A DNA stretch of 23,402 bases. It comes from a bacterium. Lineage in GTDB: Bacteria; Electryoneota; Electryoneia; Electryoneales; Electryoneaceae. The position numbers and the translations under genes were made by a program. This document shows, piece by piece, positions 10,085 to 18,863 of this stretch; positions within the stretch are counted from its first letter, which is position 1; each line of letters opens with the position of its first letter. The stretch covers positions 1 through 23,402 of the forward strand of contig JAZDLX010000116.1 of NCBI GenBank assembly GCA_043801585.1, written 5' to 3'. Under the pieces are notes generated by a model. That model was not told the DNA's origin. It saw only the letters and a program-made list of their open reading frames with translations, and did not search any database.

Positions 10085-10118
10085 AAGACGAGAAGCCCCG
10101 ACACTTTCGTGTCGGGGC
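10085..10118 (-). terminator. Intrinsic terminator-like hairpin between convergent CPBP and MCP genes
   Basis: Perfect 10-bp stem GCCCCGACAC (10095-10104) / GTGTCGGGGC (10109-10118). On the minus strand the loop is GAAA, followed by a pyrimidine-rich TTCTCGTCTT tail. Confidence 0.7.
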
Positions 10119-10160
10119 CAGCCCGTTGGGATATCACGGTCCGGAGGAACGGACCGTGTA

Positions 10161-12056
10161 TCAGGCGGTGCCGTGTAACCGGAACCGACCGACAATCTCT
10201 TGAAGCTTAACCGCCTGGCTGCCGAGGTCACGAGCGGATTCGTGTGTGGACGCTGTGCCCCGAGTGGACTCTTGCGCCGCAATTCCAATTCGTTCCATGG
10301 ACTGAGCGATATCCTGAACCGCCCGAAGACCTTCGTTGACGCTGATAGCGAGTTCGCTGACAGTACCGGCGGCTTCTCCGGCTCCGGAGGCGATGCCTTC
10401 GACAGCCGTGCTGATCTCCTCGGACAGCTTTGCCACGTTTTCCGAATTTGAAGAGACATCCGCGAGAGTTCGCGAAACCTCACCCACCGCCCGGTTCTGC
10501 TGCGCCATCGTGTTTGCGATGCTGACGTTCAGCTCCGCGACCTCGTTCAGGACGGTCGTGATCTTCTCGATATTGCGATACACCTTCTGGCTGCTTTCCA
10601 ACATCGTGTCGATTTTCTCACTGATCCCGCTTGCTTCCGAAGCGCTTTGCCGTGCCAGTGCCTTGACCTCGCTGGCAACAACCGCAAAACCCTTTCCGGC
10701 TTCCCCGGCGCCCGCCGCTTCAATCGTCGCATTCAACGCGAGCAGATTGGTTTGATCGGCGATCTCCTTGATCGTCTCGACGATCTTCGACACATCACCG
10801 ACCACCCCCTCGAGCGCCTGCATGTTCTCACGGGTGATCTTCCCGAGGCCGTCCGCCTCCTGTGCGATACGGCTCGCCTTGTCCGTGTACCCGGTAACCT
10901 CCTGGATCGAAGTGGACATCTCCTCGACTGCCGCGGCGACATTTGCGATTCCGCTCGTCGCCTCGCGAATGGAACGGACAACCTCCCCGAGAGCGACCGA
11001 TTTCTCCCTGGCGTTATCCGCGATCCGCTTCACCATTGCAGCCATCTGATCCGCCATCGAGGCGATATTCGCCACCGTCTGGCTGGTGCGATCCGCAGCT
11101 TTGGAAACCCGCTCCGTTTGTACGTCCGTCTCCTTCGCCGAAGCCGTCATCTCCGAGGAGATCGTCACCAGCTCCTCCGAGGCCGCTGCAAGGGTCGAGG
11201 ACGCCTCCGAGATTTCGGAAACAACCTGGTAAAGGTTCTGTTTCATCGCAGCCATGCTGCGTCCGAGCAGATCAAGATCGCCCGCCACATCCACATCAAC
11301 CGCCAGGTTGCCGTCAGCGATCTGTTCCGCGATATCGGCGCGTTCGTGCTGAGATTCGACCATCAGGCGAAACGCATTCGCGAGTTGTCCCAACTGGTCT
11401 TTACTCTCGATCAGGATGTTAATATCGACGTCGCCTTCGGCAACATGATTGGCCGCATCTGCCAATTGACGCAAATCCCGTCCAATCCCCCGCTGTACAA
11501 CCCATGCCATCAGCAGGGTAAGCGCCAAGCCCAGAAGAGCAATTCCAAGGGATCGCGTTGCCTGTGCCTGGACACCCTGAATCAACGAGCCTTTCGAGAA
11601 TGTTAATTCGAGGTATCCCAGTGTTTCCCCGGAATTCGAATCCTTCACAGGCGTCCAGATAAACAGCGAACGCTTTTTGCTGAAGAATTTCTGCTCTTCC
11701 GGTTTTGGCCACTGGGCGTCTTTGGACACGTCTTTGGGGAATCCCTTGAGGAAGACGAGATCGGGGTCGAAGAGGCGGGCGCTGGTGATCGTAGCGTTCG
11801 CCTCTTCTCCCGCTTGGGGGGCAACCATGTTCAACGCATCATCGATGGAGGCACCGTCGTCGAAGATCATTGTCTGGATGCCAAGGGAGAGATTATCGGC
11901 GAGGAGATCTGCGATGAAGGCCGCATTTTCCCGAAGATTTTCCTCACCTACTGCGCGCGCCTGACGTGGAGAGTAAAGCGCAACCAACAAAACCATGACG
12001 ATACCGACCATCACGATCAGGCCGGTAATTTTCACCTGCATCGGAAGTCGTGCCAC
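10161..12056 (-). CDS. Methyl-accepting chemotaxis protein (TM - periplasmic sensor - TM - 2xHAMP - long signalling domain)
   Basis: Signalling hairpin [37 protein letters not shown], two TM helices, tandem HAMPs (..[31 protein letters not shown]). GTG start with GAGGGG SD. Confidence 0.95.
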   Translation of the reverse strand: MARLPMQVKITGLIVMVGIVMVLLVALYSPRQARAVGEENLRENAAFIADLLADNLSLGIQTMIFDDGASIDDALNMVAPQAGEEANATITSARLFDPDLVFLKGFPKDVSKDAQWPKPEEQKFFSKKRSLFIWTPVKDSNSGETLGYLELTFSKGSLIQGVQAQATRSLGIALLGLALTLLMAWVVQRGIGRDLRQLADAANHVAEGDVDINILIESKDQLGQLANAFRLMVESQHERADIAEQIADGNLAVDVDVAGDLDLLGRSMAAMKQNLYQVVSEISEASSTLAAASEELVTISSEMTASAKETDVQTERVSKAADRTSQTVANIASMADQMAAMVKRIADNAREKSVALGEVVRSIREATSGIANVAAAVEEMSTSIQEVTGYTDKASRIAQEADGLGKITRENMQALEGVVGDVSKIVETIKEIADQTNLLALNATIEAAGAGEAGKGFAVVASEVKALARQSASEASGISEKIDTMLESSQKVYRNIEKITTVLNEVAELNVSIANTMAQQNRAVGEVSRTLADVSSNSENVAKLSEEISTAVEGIASGAGEAAGTVSELAISVNEGLRAVQDIAQSMERIGIAAQESTRGTASTHESARDLGSQAVKLQEIVGRFRLHGTA

Positions 12057-12179
12057 GACGCCCTCTTATGGGTTACACGTCATTCAGCTTCTGGATTGCT
12101 CGCGGCCGTACCTGTCCTCGCGACCCACAGGGAGGAAAAGGAAGGCCGCTGATTCCTCCTTACATGAGCACGAGAGTGT

Positions 12180-12737
12180 TTAAATCGTTTCAGCCAGTTT
12201 GATTACTGCCTTGTTCCAGTCCAGCCCGGTATCGGCTGACGTACGAAGGTTGATGTAGAACTTTGGCGTTCCATCCATGCTGCCGATACCAAGCGCGACG
12301 CCTTTGTAGATCAGCATTGCTTCGTGCGTCACACTCAGGATCTTGTTGTCCTTGGTGTACTGCAAAAAGGATTGCATTAATGCAGCGTTGAACAGATAAT
12401 CATCGGGATTGCCAATGTAGATCACATCGACATGGTTGTCTGGAAGTTTGGTTCCACCCGCGACCACTTTCAGCGTCGCCTGCCCAATCGACTGACCAAC
12501 CATCTTCTGAAGTTCGGCGGTGAGTTCGGGATCGTTCATCACGTACACCGAAACCTCTTTGCCCGCTCCTGAAAGATGCTTTTCCATCGAGATGATCTTG
12601 ACCAGATTGGAGGCGGTAAAGCTGGCAGAGCCCTTGCCAACCTGAGCGGCGGCGGGGCTTGCAGTCAACATTAACAGCAGCACAATAGCGGCAATAGAGA
12701 TAGCCCATTGGGCGGACGCGGGGGCGTCGTGACGCAT
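12180..12737 (-). CDS. YfiR/HmsC-like (DUF4154) periplasmic protein
   Basis: ATG 12737 after GGAGG; signal peptide ending ASPAAA|Q; 185 aa. DVIYIG, ILSVT, GVALGIG...PKFYINL..S...GL.W..AVIKLA resemble the YfiR family C-terminus. Confidence 0.72.
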   Translation of the reverse strand: MRHDAPASAQWAISIAAIVLLLMLTASPAAAQVGKGSASFTASNLVKIISMEKHLSGAGKEVSVYVMNDPELTAELQKMVGQSIGQATLKVVAGGTKLPDNHVDVIYIGNPDDYLFNAALMQSFLQYTKDNKILSVTHEAMLIYKGVALGIGSMDGTPKFYINLRTSADTGLDWNKAVIKLAETI

Positions 12738-12939
12738 GGTCGGTTCCTCCCGAAAACTCCCCTGTACCTGCGCCAAACCGGTCAGCAGATCACAGGCTCC
12801 TCGTGATATCCCAATATAAACTTTCGACAGTCCCCCCGGGGTGCCGATGAATCGCAAGTATCCGTTTTCCTGTGTTCGTTTGCAAGTGTGACGGGCGAAC
12901 TAACGGAGCCTATTGACTCTCCTATCTCCGCTTCCCGCC

Positions 12940-13100
12940 CCAAAATGTAATGTCTTTTTGCACAATAATCGTTGATAATATGTTTGATACGAAATGAAAA
13001 TGGTGCCGCACACGAGTTTTTCGAATTTTGATAAAAATTTTACTCGAACGCTCTTGGAGTCGTTAGACGAAGCACTATTTGGGATTTCATTTTTAGCCGG
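12940..13100. promoter_or_regulatory. AT-rich intergenic segment, probable promoter/UP region for the yfiR-like - MCP pair
   Basis: Markedly AT-rich with several A/T tracts relative to the GC-rich coding flanks. It lies upstream of the yfiR-like start. No specific sigma motif could be assigned. Confidence 0.4.
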
Positions 13101-13136
13101 TCCTTTCAGACTCCGGACCATTCTCACCGTTGCAAG

Positions 13137-14162
13137 TCAAAGATGGACGTAGAGGTGGCGGAGTCCCTCGGTGCAGTTGCCGCACATCGGGGGACGAGTG
13201 CCGTTCTGAATGGTGTACCTGAACCGGCTGTACTGCTCGTTCCTCCAGATCTCGTCAAAAGGGGTGGCCAGCACATTTCCCATGACAAATTCGCCATTCT
13301 TGTCGAAGCAACAGGGCACCACTCCGCCGTCAGCCTGGATCACCGTGCTCGTGAGGATTCGCTGGCAGAACGGGCGTTCCCTGCGGCGCAGCGCCCAGCG
13401 TTCATCCCTGAGATCGTAACGGCGCAGTTCCTTTTTCTCGGGCAGCCACCTCTCCCCCTCCTCGCGCTCGAAGGACTCGAGCTGCGCGGTTTTGAAGACG
13501 ATCCGGTCCACCCCCCACTCCTTGGCGAGACGCCGTGCCCGGAGAATTTCATTGAGATTGTGGCGGAAAAGGAGAAACTGCCAGGTGAGCCGAGGATGCC
13601 GTACCCCCAGCGTCCGTTTTACAGCAACCATCCGGCGGATTCCCTCTTCGACTTTGGCGAAATCGCCTCCGACCCGGTACTCGGCGTGGGACTCCGGTGT
13701 TGCGCCATCGAGGGAGAGAATCAACTCCGCCAAGCCAGAGGCGACGAGTTGATTCGCCAAATCATCCACATCCGCGAGCAGTTCCACGTTGCTGGACATC
13801 ACCACCCGCGCCCCGGACGCGGAAGCGTAGCGAATGATCTCGGGGGTATCGCAGTTGACCAGCGGCTCGCCCTGGTTCCAGAGTTGCAGCAACATTGGAG
13901 CGGGCCGGATCCCATCCCAGATCCGGCGGAACCGGTCAAAGGTGAGCGTACCGCCGGGCCGTGTCAGCTCTCCACGCCCTGTCGGACAGTGGGGACAGCG
14001 GAGCTGGCAGGCGGTCGTCGGTTCGATCATCGCCATCACCGGAGCCCCCCAGACCACCGGCCGTTTTATCAGCCGAGTCATGGCGAGCCCCGCCGCAGAG
14101 CGAACGAGGTTGATCATCTGGTCCACTCGCGGAGGACGGGGAGGCTGTTGTACGTTGGACAT
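13137..14162 (-). CDS. Radical SAM protein with C-terminal SPASM/Twitch-type Fe-S domain
   Basis: CQLRCPHC (CX3CX2C), NQGEPL and SLDGAT; C-terminal C...IQADGGVVPCCFD...GNV...IW...CGNC. Likely start MSNVQQ at ATG 14162, because the longer ORF overlaps the divergent gene. Confidence 0.9.
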   Translation of the reverse strand: MSNVQQPPRPPRVDQMINLVRSAAGLAMTRLIKRPVVWGAPVMAMIEPTTACQLRCPHCPTGRGELTRPGGTLTFDRFRRIWDGIRPAPMLLQLWNQGEPLVNCDTPEIIRYASASGARVVMSSNVELLADVDDLANQLVASGLAELILSLDGATPESHAEYRVGGDFAKVEEGIRRMVAVKRTLGVRHPRLTWQFLLFRHNLNEILRARRLAKEWGVDRIVFKTAQLESFEREEGERWLPEKKELRRYDLRDERWALRRRERPFCQRILTSTVIQADGGVVPCCFDKNGEFVMGNVLATPFDEIWRNEQYSRFRYTIQNGTRPPMCGNCTEGLRHLYVHL

Positions 14163-14228
14163 AGCAGGAAAGTACTGCGTCAGCTCCCGCCTGCCCAAGC
14201 ACCTGCAGGCTCCGCGTGAAAGGGATCG

Positions 14229-15065
14229 ATGCACAAACATCATCGCCTGATAAGGAACTTTCTGTTCGCAATGGCGATTCCCGTTGTTCAGGCATTCGCA
14301 CAACCGGCGGCCTCCGTCCCACCCCAGCGTTGCTCGCCAGCTGTCATCTCCGCTGTGGAAGCCCTGAAAGATTCGTGCGACGCATCGGGGGAGAGCGTGG
14401 AAAAGAAAAAGGTGGAATTCGCCCACTCGCTGTTTCCCGATTCACCTTTCCTTGAAAGCCTGATCAACGGTGTCTGGCCCTATGATTGGGAGGGGATGAT
14501 CTGTGAGCGGTTGAACCTGACTCCAGCCCCGGGTGAGGAACTGCTGGTCCTGCTCTATGTCTCCGGGACGGAACGATCCGTCTCACTCACAATCGTCGAG
14601 CATGACTCGAGCCGGAGGTGGAACCGTTACGATTTGATGGGAAGTGAAATCGGCATCCAGAACACCCTGTTTCTGCTGGGAGACGAAGAGTTGCTGGATC
14701 GTCTCGCCGATCTCTCGATCGACGACACGAACGCCCCGTTCCCCTGGGCACGGGATCTCGATAACGACGGACAGTCCGAATTGATCGTGCACGACACGAC
14801 GACCGGTTATGTCGCCGAGGACCGCTCCGGCCCACTGTACTGGCCAGAGGTCTACTCATGGCATGATGGAGCCTTCCTGAACGTCAGCACCGAATTCCCG
14901 GAGTTGTACGAAGCTACTGTACTACCTCTCTATTCCGGACTTCTCGACGACCTTCAGGCGGATTGGGAAGACGCGGGAAAGTTGGGCATCCACCCAACCG
15001 TTGAAAAGGTCGAGCTGTTCCGCCGGATGTTGAATGAGGAGGATAAACCGCCGGAAGGAGAGTAA
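14229..15065 (+). CDS. Secreted hypothetical protein with a Dx[DN]xDG calcium-binding (FG-GAP/VCBS-like) motif
   Basis: Signal-like N-terminus (MHKHHRLIRNFLFAMAIPVVQAFA|Q), acidic composition, DLDNDGQSELIV motif. AAGGGA lies upstream of the ATG. Confidence 0.7.
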   Translation: MHKHHRLIRNFLFAMAIPVVQAFAQPAASVPPQRCSPAVISAVEALKDSCDASGESVEKKKVEFAHSLFPDSPFLESLINGVWPYDWEGMICERLNLTPAPGEELLVLLYVSGTERSVSLTIVEHDSSRRWNRYDLMGSEIGIQNTLFLLGDEELLDRLADLSIDDTNAPFPWARDLDNDGQSELIVHDTTTGYVAEDRSGPLYWPEVYSWHDGAFLNVSTEFPELYEATVLPLYSGLLDDLQADWEDAGKLGIHPTVEKVELFRRMLNEEDKPPEGE

Positions 15066-15659
15066 TACGATATCATGTCATCCTGCTTTTGGGGGGCATG
15101 GGTCCGTTTAAGAGCAGTCTCCGTAAGAACATTCAGGGACACCTGTTTGATTGCATGCCAGACCGCTAAAAGCGGTACAAGTCCTGTCATGACAATATCG
15201 CATCATTCCCCAAAGGTTTCATTTCAACGGCTTGGGATTTATAACTGCTGTGATCGCAAAGAATTACGTGTGGTTTGGTGAGGGCGTAAAAACCGGCCTG
15301 AATCCAGAGTTGACGGCGCTCACATAATACGGTAAGGCGGTACTCGCCCAATTTTGTTAACTTGTTAACGCCCGTTGATACCCAGGGACTCAGACCGATA
15401 TCAGGACCTCCTGGCGCCGGGGGTGGGAGCCCTTGCTCCCGGCACTTCCAACTGGGTTTCGCCCCCTTTTGTGGCGTGTGGGGTCCATCCATAGGTTAGA
15501 GAAACGGCTGCTCACAGACAAGGAGTTGTCTTGTCCATTAGCATTAATTCACGAAATCTGGAGTTCCGCTAAAACCATAAGGCCCCTTCAAATGGACAGC
15601 CATCGGAGACATCGATGGCAGTTTCGCTACAGGAGCACCACCGATTCGACAGGAGAGAG

Positions 15660-16226
15660 ATGATGAACTTTTCATGGAAACCCCTGGCGCCCCAGCGTTG
15701 GGATGACTTTACGAAGTTGTTCGGTGAACGTGGAGCCTGCGGCGGATGCTGGTGCATGCACTGGCGTCAAACAGCAAAGGAGTTCCGGGAACTGAAAGGA
15801 ACAAAGAACCGTGACCTGATGAAAAAACTGGTGTCTGGCGGAACAGTTCCGGGGATCATCGGGTACGTGAACAACGTGCCTGTGGGCTGGGTTGCGATCG
15901 CTCCCCGCAGCGATACGCCACGCATTGCCGCCAGCCGGGTGATGGCGCCGGTGGATGATCTCGACTCCTGGTTCATCTCCTGCCTCTTCGTCGACAAGTC
16001 CCATCGAAATAAGGGGGTATCGATAGAGATGATCAAGGCGGCATGCGACTACGCCTTTTCCCTGGGCGCACCGGTCGTGGAAGCCTGCCCCAACGATCTT
16101 CCCCCCGAGGAACCGCAACCCGCCCCGTTTGTCTATCTCGGGCTCGCTAACGCCTTCAATAAAGCCGGTTTCAAGGATGCGGTCCGACGCAGCCCGAAAC
16201 GGCCATTGATGAGGAAATTTCCCTGA
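15660..16226 (+). CDS. GNAT family N-acetyltransferase (CxxCWC-type)
   Basis: W.DF..LFG..GACGGCWCM, GWVAIAPR, ISCLFVDKSHRNKGVS (acetyl-CoA motif A), VEACP and AFNKAGF. ATG 15660 follows AGGAGAG. Confidence 0.88.
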   Translation: MMNFSWKPLAPQRWDDFTKLFGERGACGGCWCMHWRQTAKEFRELKGTKNRDLMKKLVSGGTVPGIIGYVNNVPVGWVAIAPRSDTPRIAASRVMAPVDDLDSWFISCLFVDKSHRNKGVSIEMIKAACDYAFSLGAPVVEACPNDLPPEEPQPAPFVYLGLANAFNKAGFKDAVRRSPKRPLMRKFP

Positions 16227-16236
16227 TGAAAATTAA

Positions 16237-16324
16237 AGCAGGAAAATGTACCAGGTACTTTTTCCCCATTCAGGATCATTATTCGACCTCGCATGTGATA
16301 AGGTACCTGGTACATTTTCCTGCT
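16237..16324. repeat. Perfect 22-bp inverted repeat pair (REP-doublet/REPIN-like)
   Basis: AGCAGGAAAATGTACCAGGTAC (16237-16258) and its exact reverse complement GTACCTGGTACATTTTCCTGCT (16303-16324), separated by a 44-nt spacer. Each arm contains the mini-palindrome GTACC(A/T)GGTAC. Confidence 0.85.
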
Positions 16325-16409
16325 CTGGTCTCTCGCTGACGTAACCCGGGGCATGATTGGAGTGTCTCTGTAATAGAGCCGTTGCTATGTCGTACCCCGG
16401 GGGAACAGG

Positions 16410-18842
16410 ATGACTTCCTACGCGCTTCGAACAACCATCCGTCAAGCTCGACGGCAAAAAGGGACAACCCTGATCAACCTGATCGGACTCGCAACGGGAA
16501 TCGCCACGAGTCTGATCATCCTGCTCTACTGCCAGCAGGAGTTGAGCTACGACAGTTATCCCGATCATCCCGAACGCGTCGTTCGCGTCGCACGGGATTG
16601 GAAGGGGAGTGACGGCAGCATCTCCATCGGCTTTTCCTCCCTCGCTCCACGATACACAGACTATCTGCGAGATTTGCCCGGAGTGGAGGCTGCGGCCCGC
16701 ATGTTCAAAGTCGGCTCGGCACTCGTAGAGATCGACGGCAGGCATTATCGCGAGGAACAATTCTACCTCGTTGACCGCGATCTCTTCGATGTGTTTACCA
16801 TCCCGATTTTGCGTGGCGACCGTGAGCACCTCTTTGCGGGGACGAACGAGTGTGCGCTTTCCAGAAGCGCGGCGGCAAAATTCTTCGGCAATGCGGATCC
16901 CATCGGAAAAACACTGACCCTGGATGATGAATACTCGGTTACCGTCTCGGCTGTCTTCGAGGATGTCCCCCGCCGGTCTCACGTGCATTTCGACGTGCTG
17001 ATGCCGCTTCAGTTCTTCCGCACTCTCAGTCCCGACTACTATCACGACATGTTCGACACTGACAAGTTCAGTGACAACATCACCTTCACCTATCTTCGTC
17101 TGCAACCCGGCGTGACCCTTGAGGAAATGGACGCGAGGATCAAGCAGATGCTGGACCGTGTCATCGGAGGCTGGGAGAACAAAAGCGGGGAGTGGATTCC
17201 CGCGAGCAGCCGGATCATTCTGAAACTGCAGCCGATCCGTTCGATCCACCTCGAGTCGAACCAGATGAACGAGATCGAGGAACGGGGAAACCTGCGGCTG
17301 ATCCAACTGTTCATCGGGATCGGAGTTCTGATCATCCTGATCGCTACGATCAACTTCGTCAACCTCTCGACTGCCCGCGCCACAACCCGTGCCCGGGAAG
17401 TCGGCCTGCGAAAGGTCGTCGGTGCACAGAATCGGAGCCTGGTCTTACAGTTCTTCACCGAATCGACGATCACAGTGTCTGCCGCATTCATCCTCGCCTG
17501 GGTGATCCTATTGATAGTGCATCCCTGGCTTGACAAACTCTTCGGCCAACCGGTGGAGTTATCTCTGTTCGGCACTGCCTCCTTGTTGCCGGTTTCAATC
17601 GGTGTGCTGCTCTTCACGGCGCTCGCGTCAGGATTCTATCCAGCGCTGGTTCTTTCGGCCTTCCAACCCGCAGCGGTTCTGCGAGGAGGCTCTTCAAAGG
17701 GCGGCGGATCCCGTCTGCGCCAGATGCTGGTCGTGCTCCAATTCGCAATTTCCGCCTCATTGGTGATCGGGATTCTTACGGTGGGATCGCAGGTCCGTTT
17801 TCTGGTCAAGCAGGACCTCGGATTCGACAAGGAAAACCTGATCGTCATCAACGCGGATAAGGTGATCTGGCAGCGGTGGAACGGTCTTCGCGAACGGCTT
17901 TTAAAGATACCCGGAGTGGTCAGTACGGCCGTCTCCAAGCGGGTACCCTCGGGTGTGCTCGGCGATGCTCCCGGTTTCACCACCGAGGTAAAAAGGAACG
18001 TCGTCAACGGTACGATCCGCCTTCCGCACGTCCGCGTCGGTCCCGATTTCATCACCACCTACGGCCTCGAAGTGGTTGCGGGAAGGGTCTTCGACCGCAC
18101 CAGTTCCACCGATTCATCCGAAGCCTACATGCTCAACGAAACCGCTGTGAAACAGCTCGGTTGGTCCTCCCCCGAGGAGGCCATCGGAGCTCCTTTCCAG
18201 GCCAACGGATACAATCCGGGCCGTGTGATCGGAGTCGTTCGCGATTTCCACTATGAAACCCTGCGTAAGGACATCTCCCCGATGGTTCTCTATGTGTCCC
18301 GGCGTGAATGGAATACCGTAACCGTTCGCCTCGCCGCCGGCGATCCCCGTCCTACCATTCAGCAAATCGAAACTCTGTGGAAGGAGTACCGTCCCTTTGA
18401 GATGAGCTGGGAGTTCCTCGAGGACCGGCTGAACGCCCTGTATGCCAATGAGACCCGAATGCTCCGGCTGCTTGGAGTGTTCAGTACGCTCGCAGTGGTC
18501 ATCGCCGGCATGGGGCTGTTCGGGCTTGCCTCATTCGCCGCGGAACGGCGCACCCATGAGATCGCGATCCGGAAAACCTTCGGTGCGGCCACACGCGACA
18601 TTGTCATGATGCTTTCGTCCGATTTCATCCGGCTGGTGCTGATCGGATGCGTGATCGGCCTGCCGCCAACGGCGTATCTGCTTTCGCGCTGGCTTGACGG
18701 GTTCGCCTACCGGGTTCCGCTTCAACCCTGGCATTTCTTCGCTGCGGTGTTTGCCGCAATGCTGATCGCGATCGTCGCCGTCTCCTCGCGCGCTCTGCAC
18801 GCCGCCTCTGTCAATCCTGCCGACTCGTTGAGGATGGAATAG
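16410..18842 (+). CDS. MacB-like/FtsX ABC transporter permease (duplicated MacB_PCD + FtsX, ~810 aa)
   Basis: INLIGLATG, INFVNLSTARATTRAREVGLRKVVGA, SGFYPA, LVVLQFAIS, DLGFDKEN, VIGVVRDFH, GLFGLASFAAERRTHEIAIRKTFGA, WLDGFAYR and NPADSLRME. Confidence 0.93.
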   Translation: MTSYALRTTIRQARRQKGTTLINLIGLATGIATSLIILLYCQQELSYDSYPDHPERVVRVARDWKGSDGSISIGFSSLAPRYTDYLRDLPGVEAAARMFKVGSALVEIDGRHYREEQFYLVDRDLFDVFTIPILRGDREHLFAGTNECALSRSAAAKFFGNADPIGKTLTLDDEYSVTVSAVFEDVPRRSHVHFDVLMPLQFFRTLSPDYYHDMFDTDKFSDNITFTYLRLQPGVTLEEMDARIKQMLDRVIGGWENKSGEWIPASSRIILKLQPIRSIHLESNQMNEIEERGNLRLIQLFIGIGVLIILIATINFVNLSTARATTRAREVGLRKVVGAQNRSLVLQFFTESTITVSAAFILAWVILLIVHPWLDKLFGQPVELSLFGTASLLPVSIGVLLFTALASGFYPALVLSAFQPAAVLRGGSSKGGGSRLRQMLVVLQFAISASLVIGILTVGSQVRFLVKQDLGFDKENLIVINADKVIWQRWNGLRERLLKIPGVVSTAVSKRVPSGVLGDAPGFTTEVKRNVVNGTIRLPHVRVGPDFITTYGLEVVAGRVFDRTSSTDSSEAYMLNETAVKQLGWSSPEEAIGAPFQANGYNPGRVIGVVRDFHYETLRKDISPMVLYVSRREWNTVTVRLAAGDPRPTIQQIETLWKEYRPFEMSWEFLEDRLNALYANETRMLRLLGVFSTLAVVIAGMGLFGLASFAAERRTHEIAIRKTFGAATRDIVMMLSSDFIRLVLIGCVIGLPPTAYLLSRWLDGFAYRVPLQPWHFFAAVFAAMLIAIVAVSSRALHAASVNPADSLRME

Positions 18843-18863
18843 ACCGTCGCCCTGCCCTCGATG

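Noticed and set aside
12795..13010. Sigma-28 or sigma-54 promoter for the yfiR-like/MCP pair
   Set aside because: Only half-sites are present (GTCGAAAG, GGCACC), without a correctly spaced partner box.
12900..13127. 75-aa ORF downstream of the radical SAM gene as a RiPP precursor
   Set aside because: It has no convincing SD, lies in AT-rich promoter-like DNA, and shows no leader/core pattern.
15280..15420. c-di-GMP-I or cobalamin riboswitch resemblance (GGGCGTAAAAACCGGCCTGAA; GCCAGGAGGTCCTG on the minus strand)
   Set aside because: These are only short partial matches; the required stems and other conserved motifs are missing.
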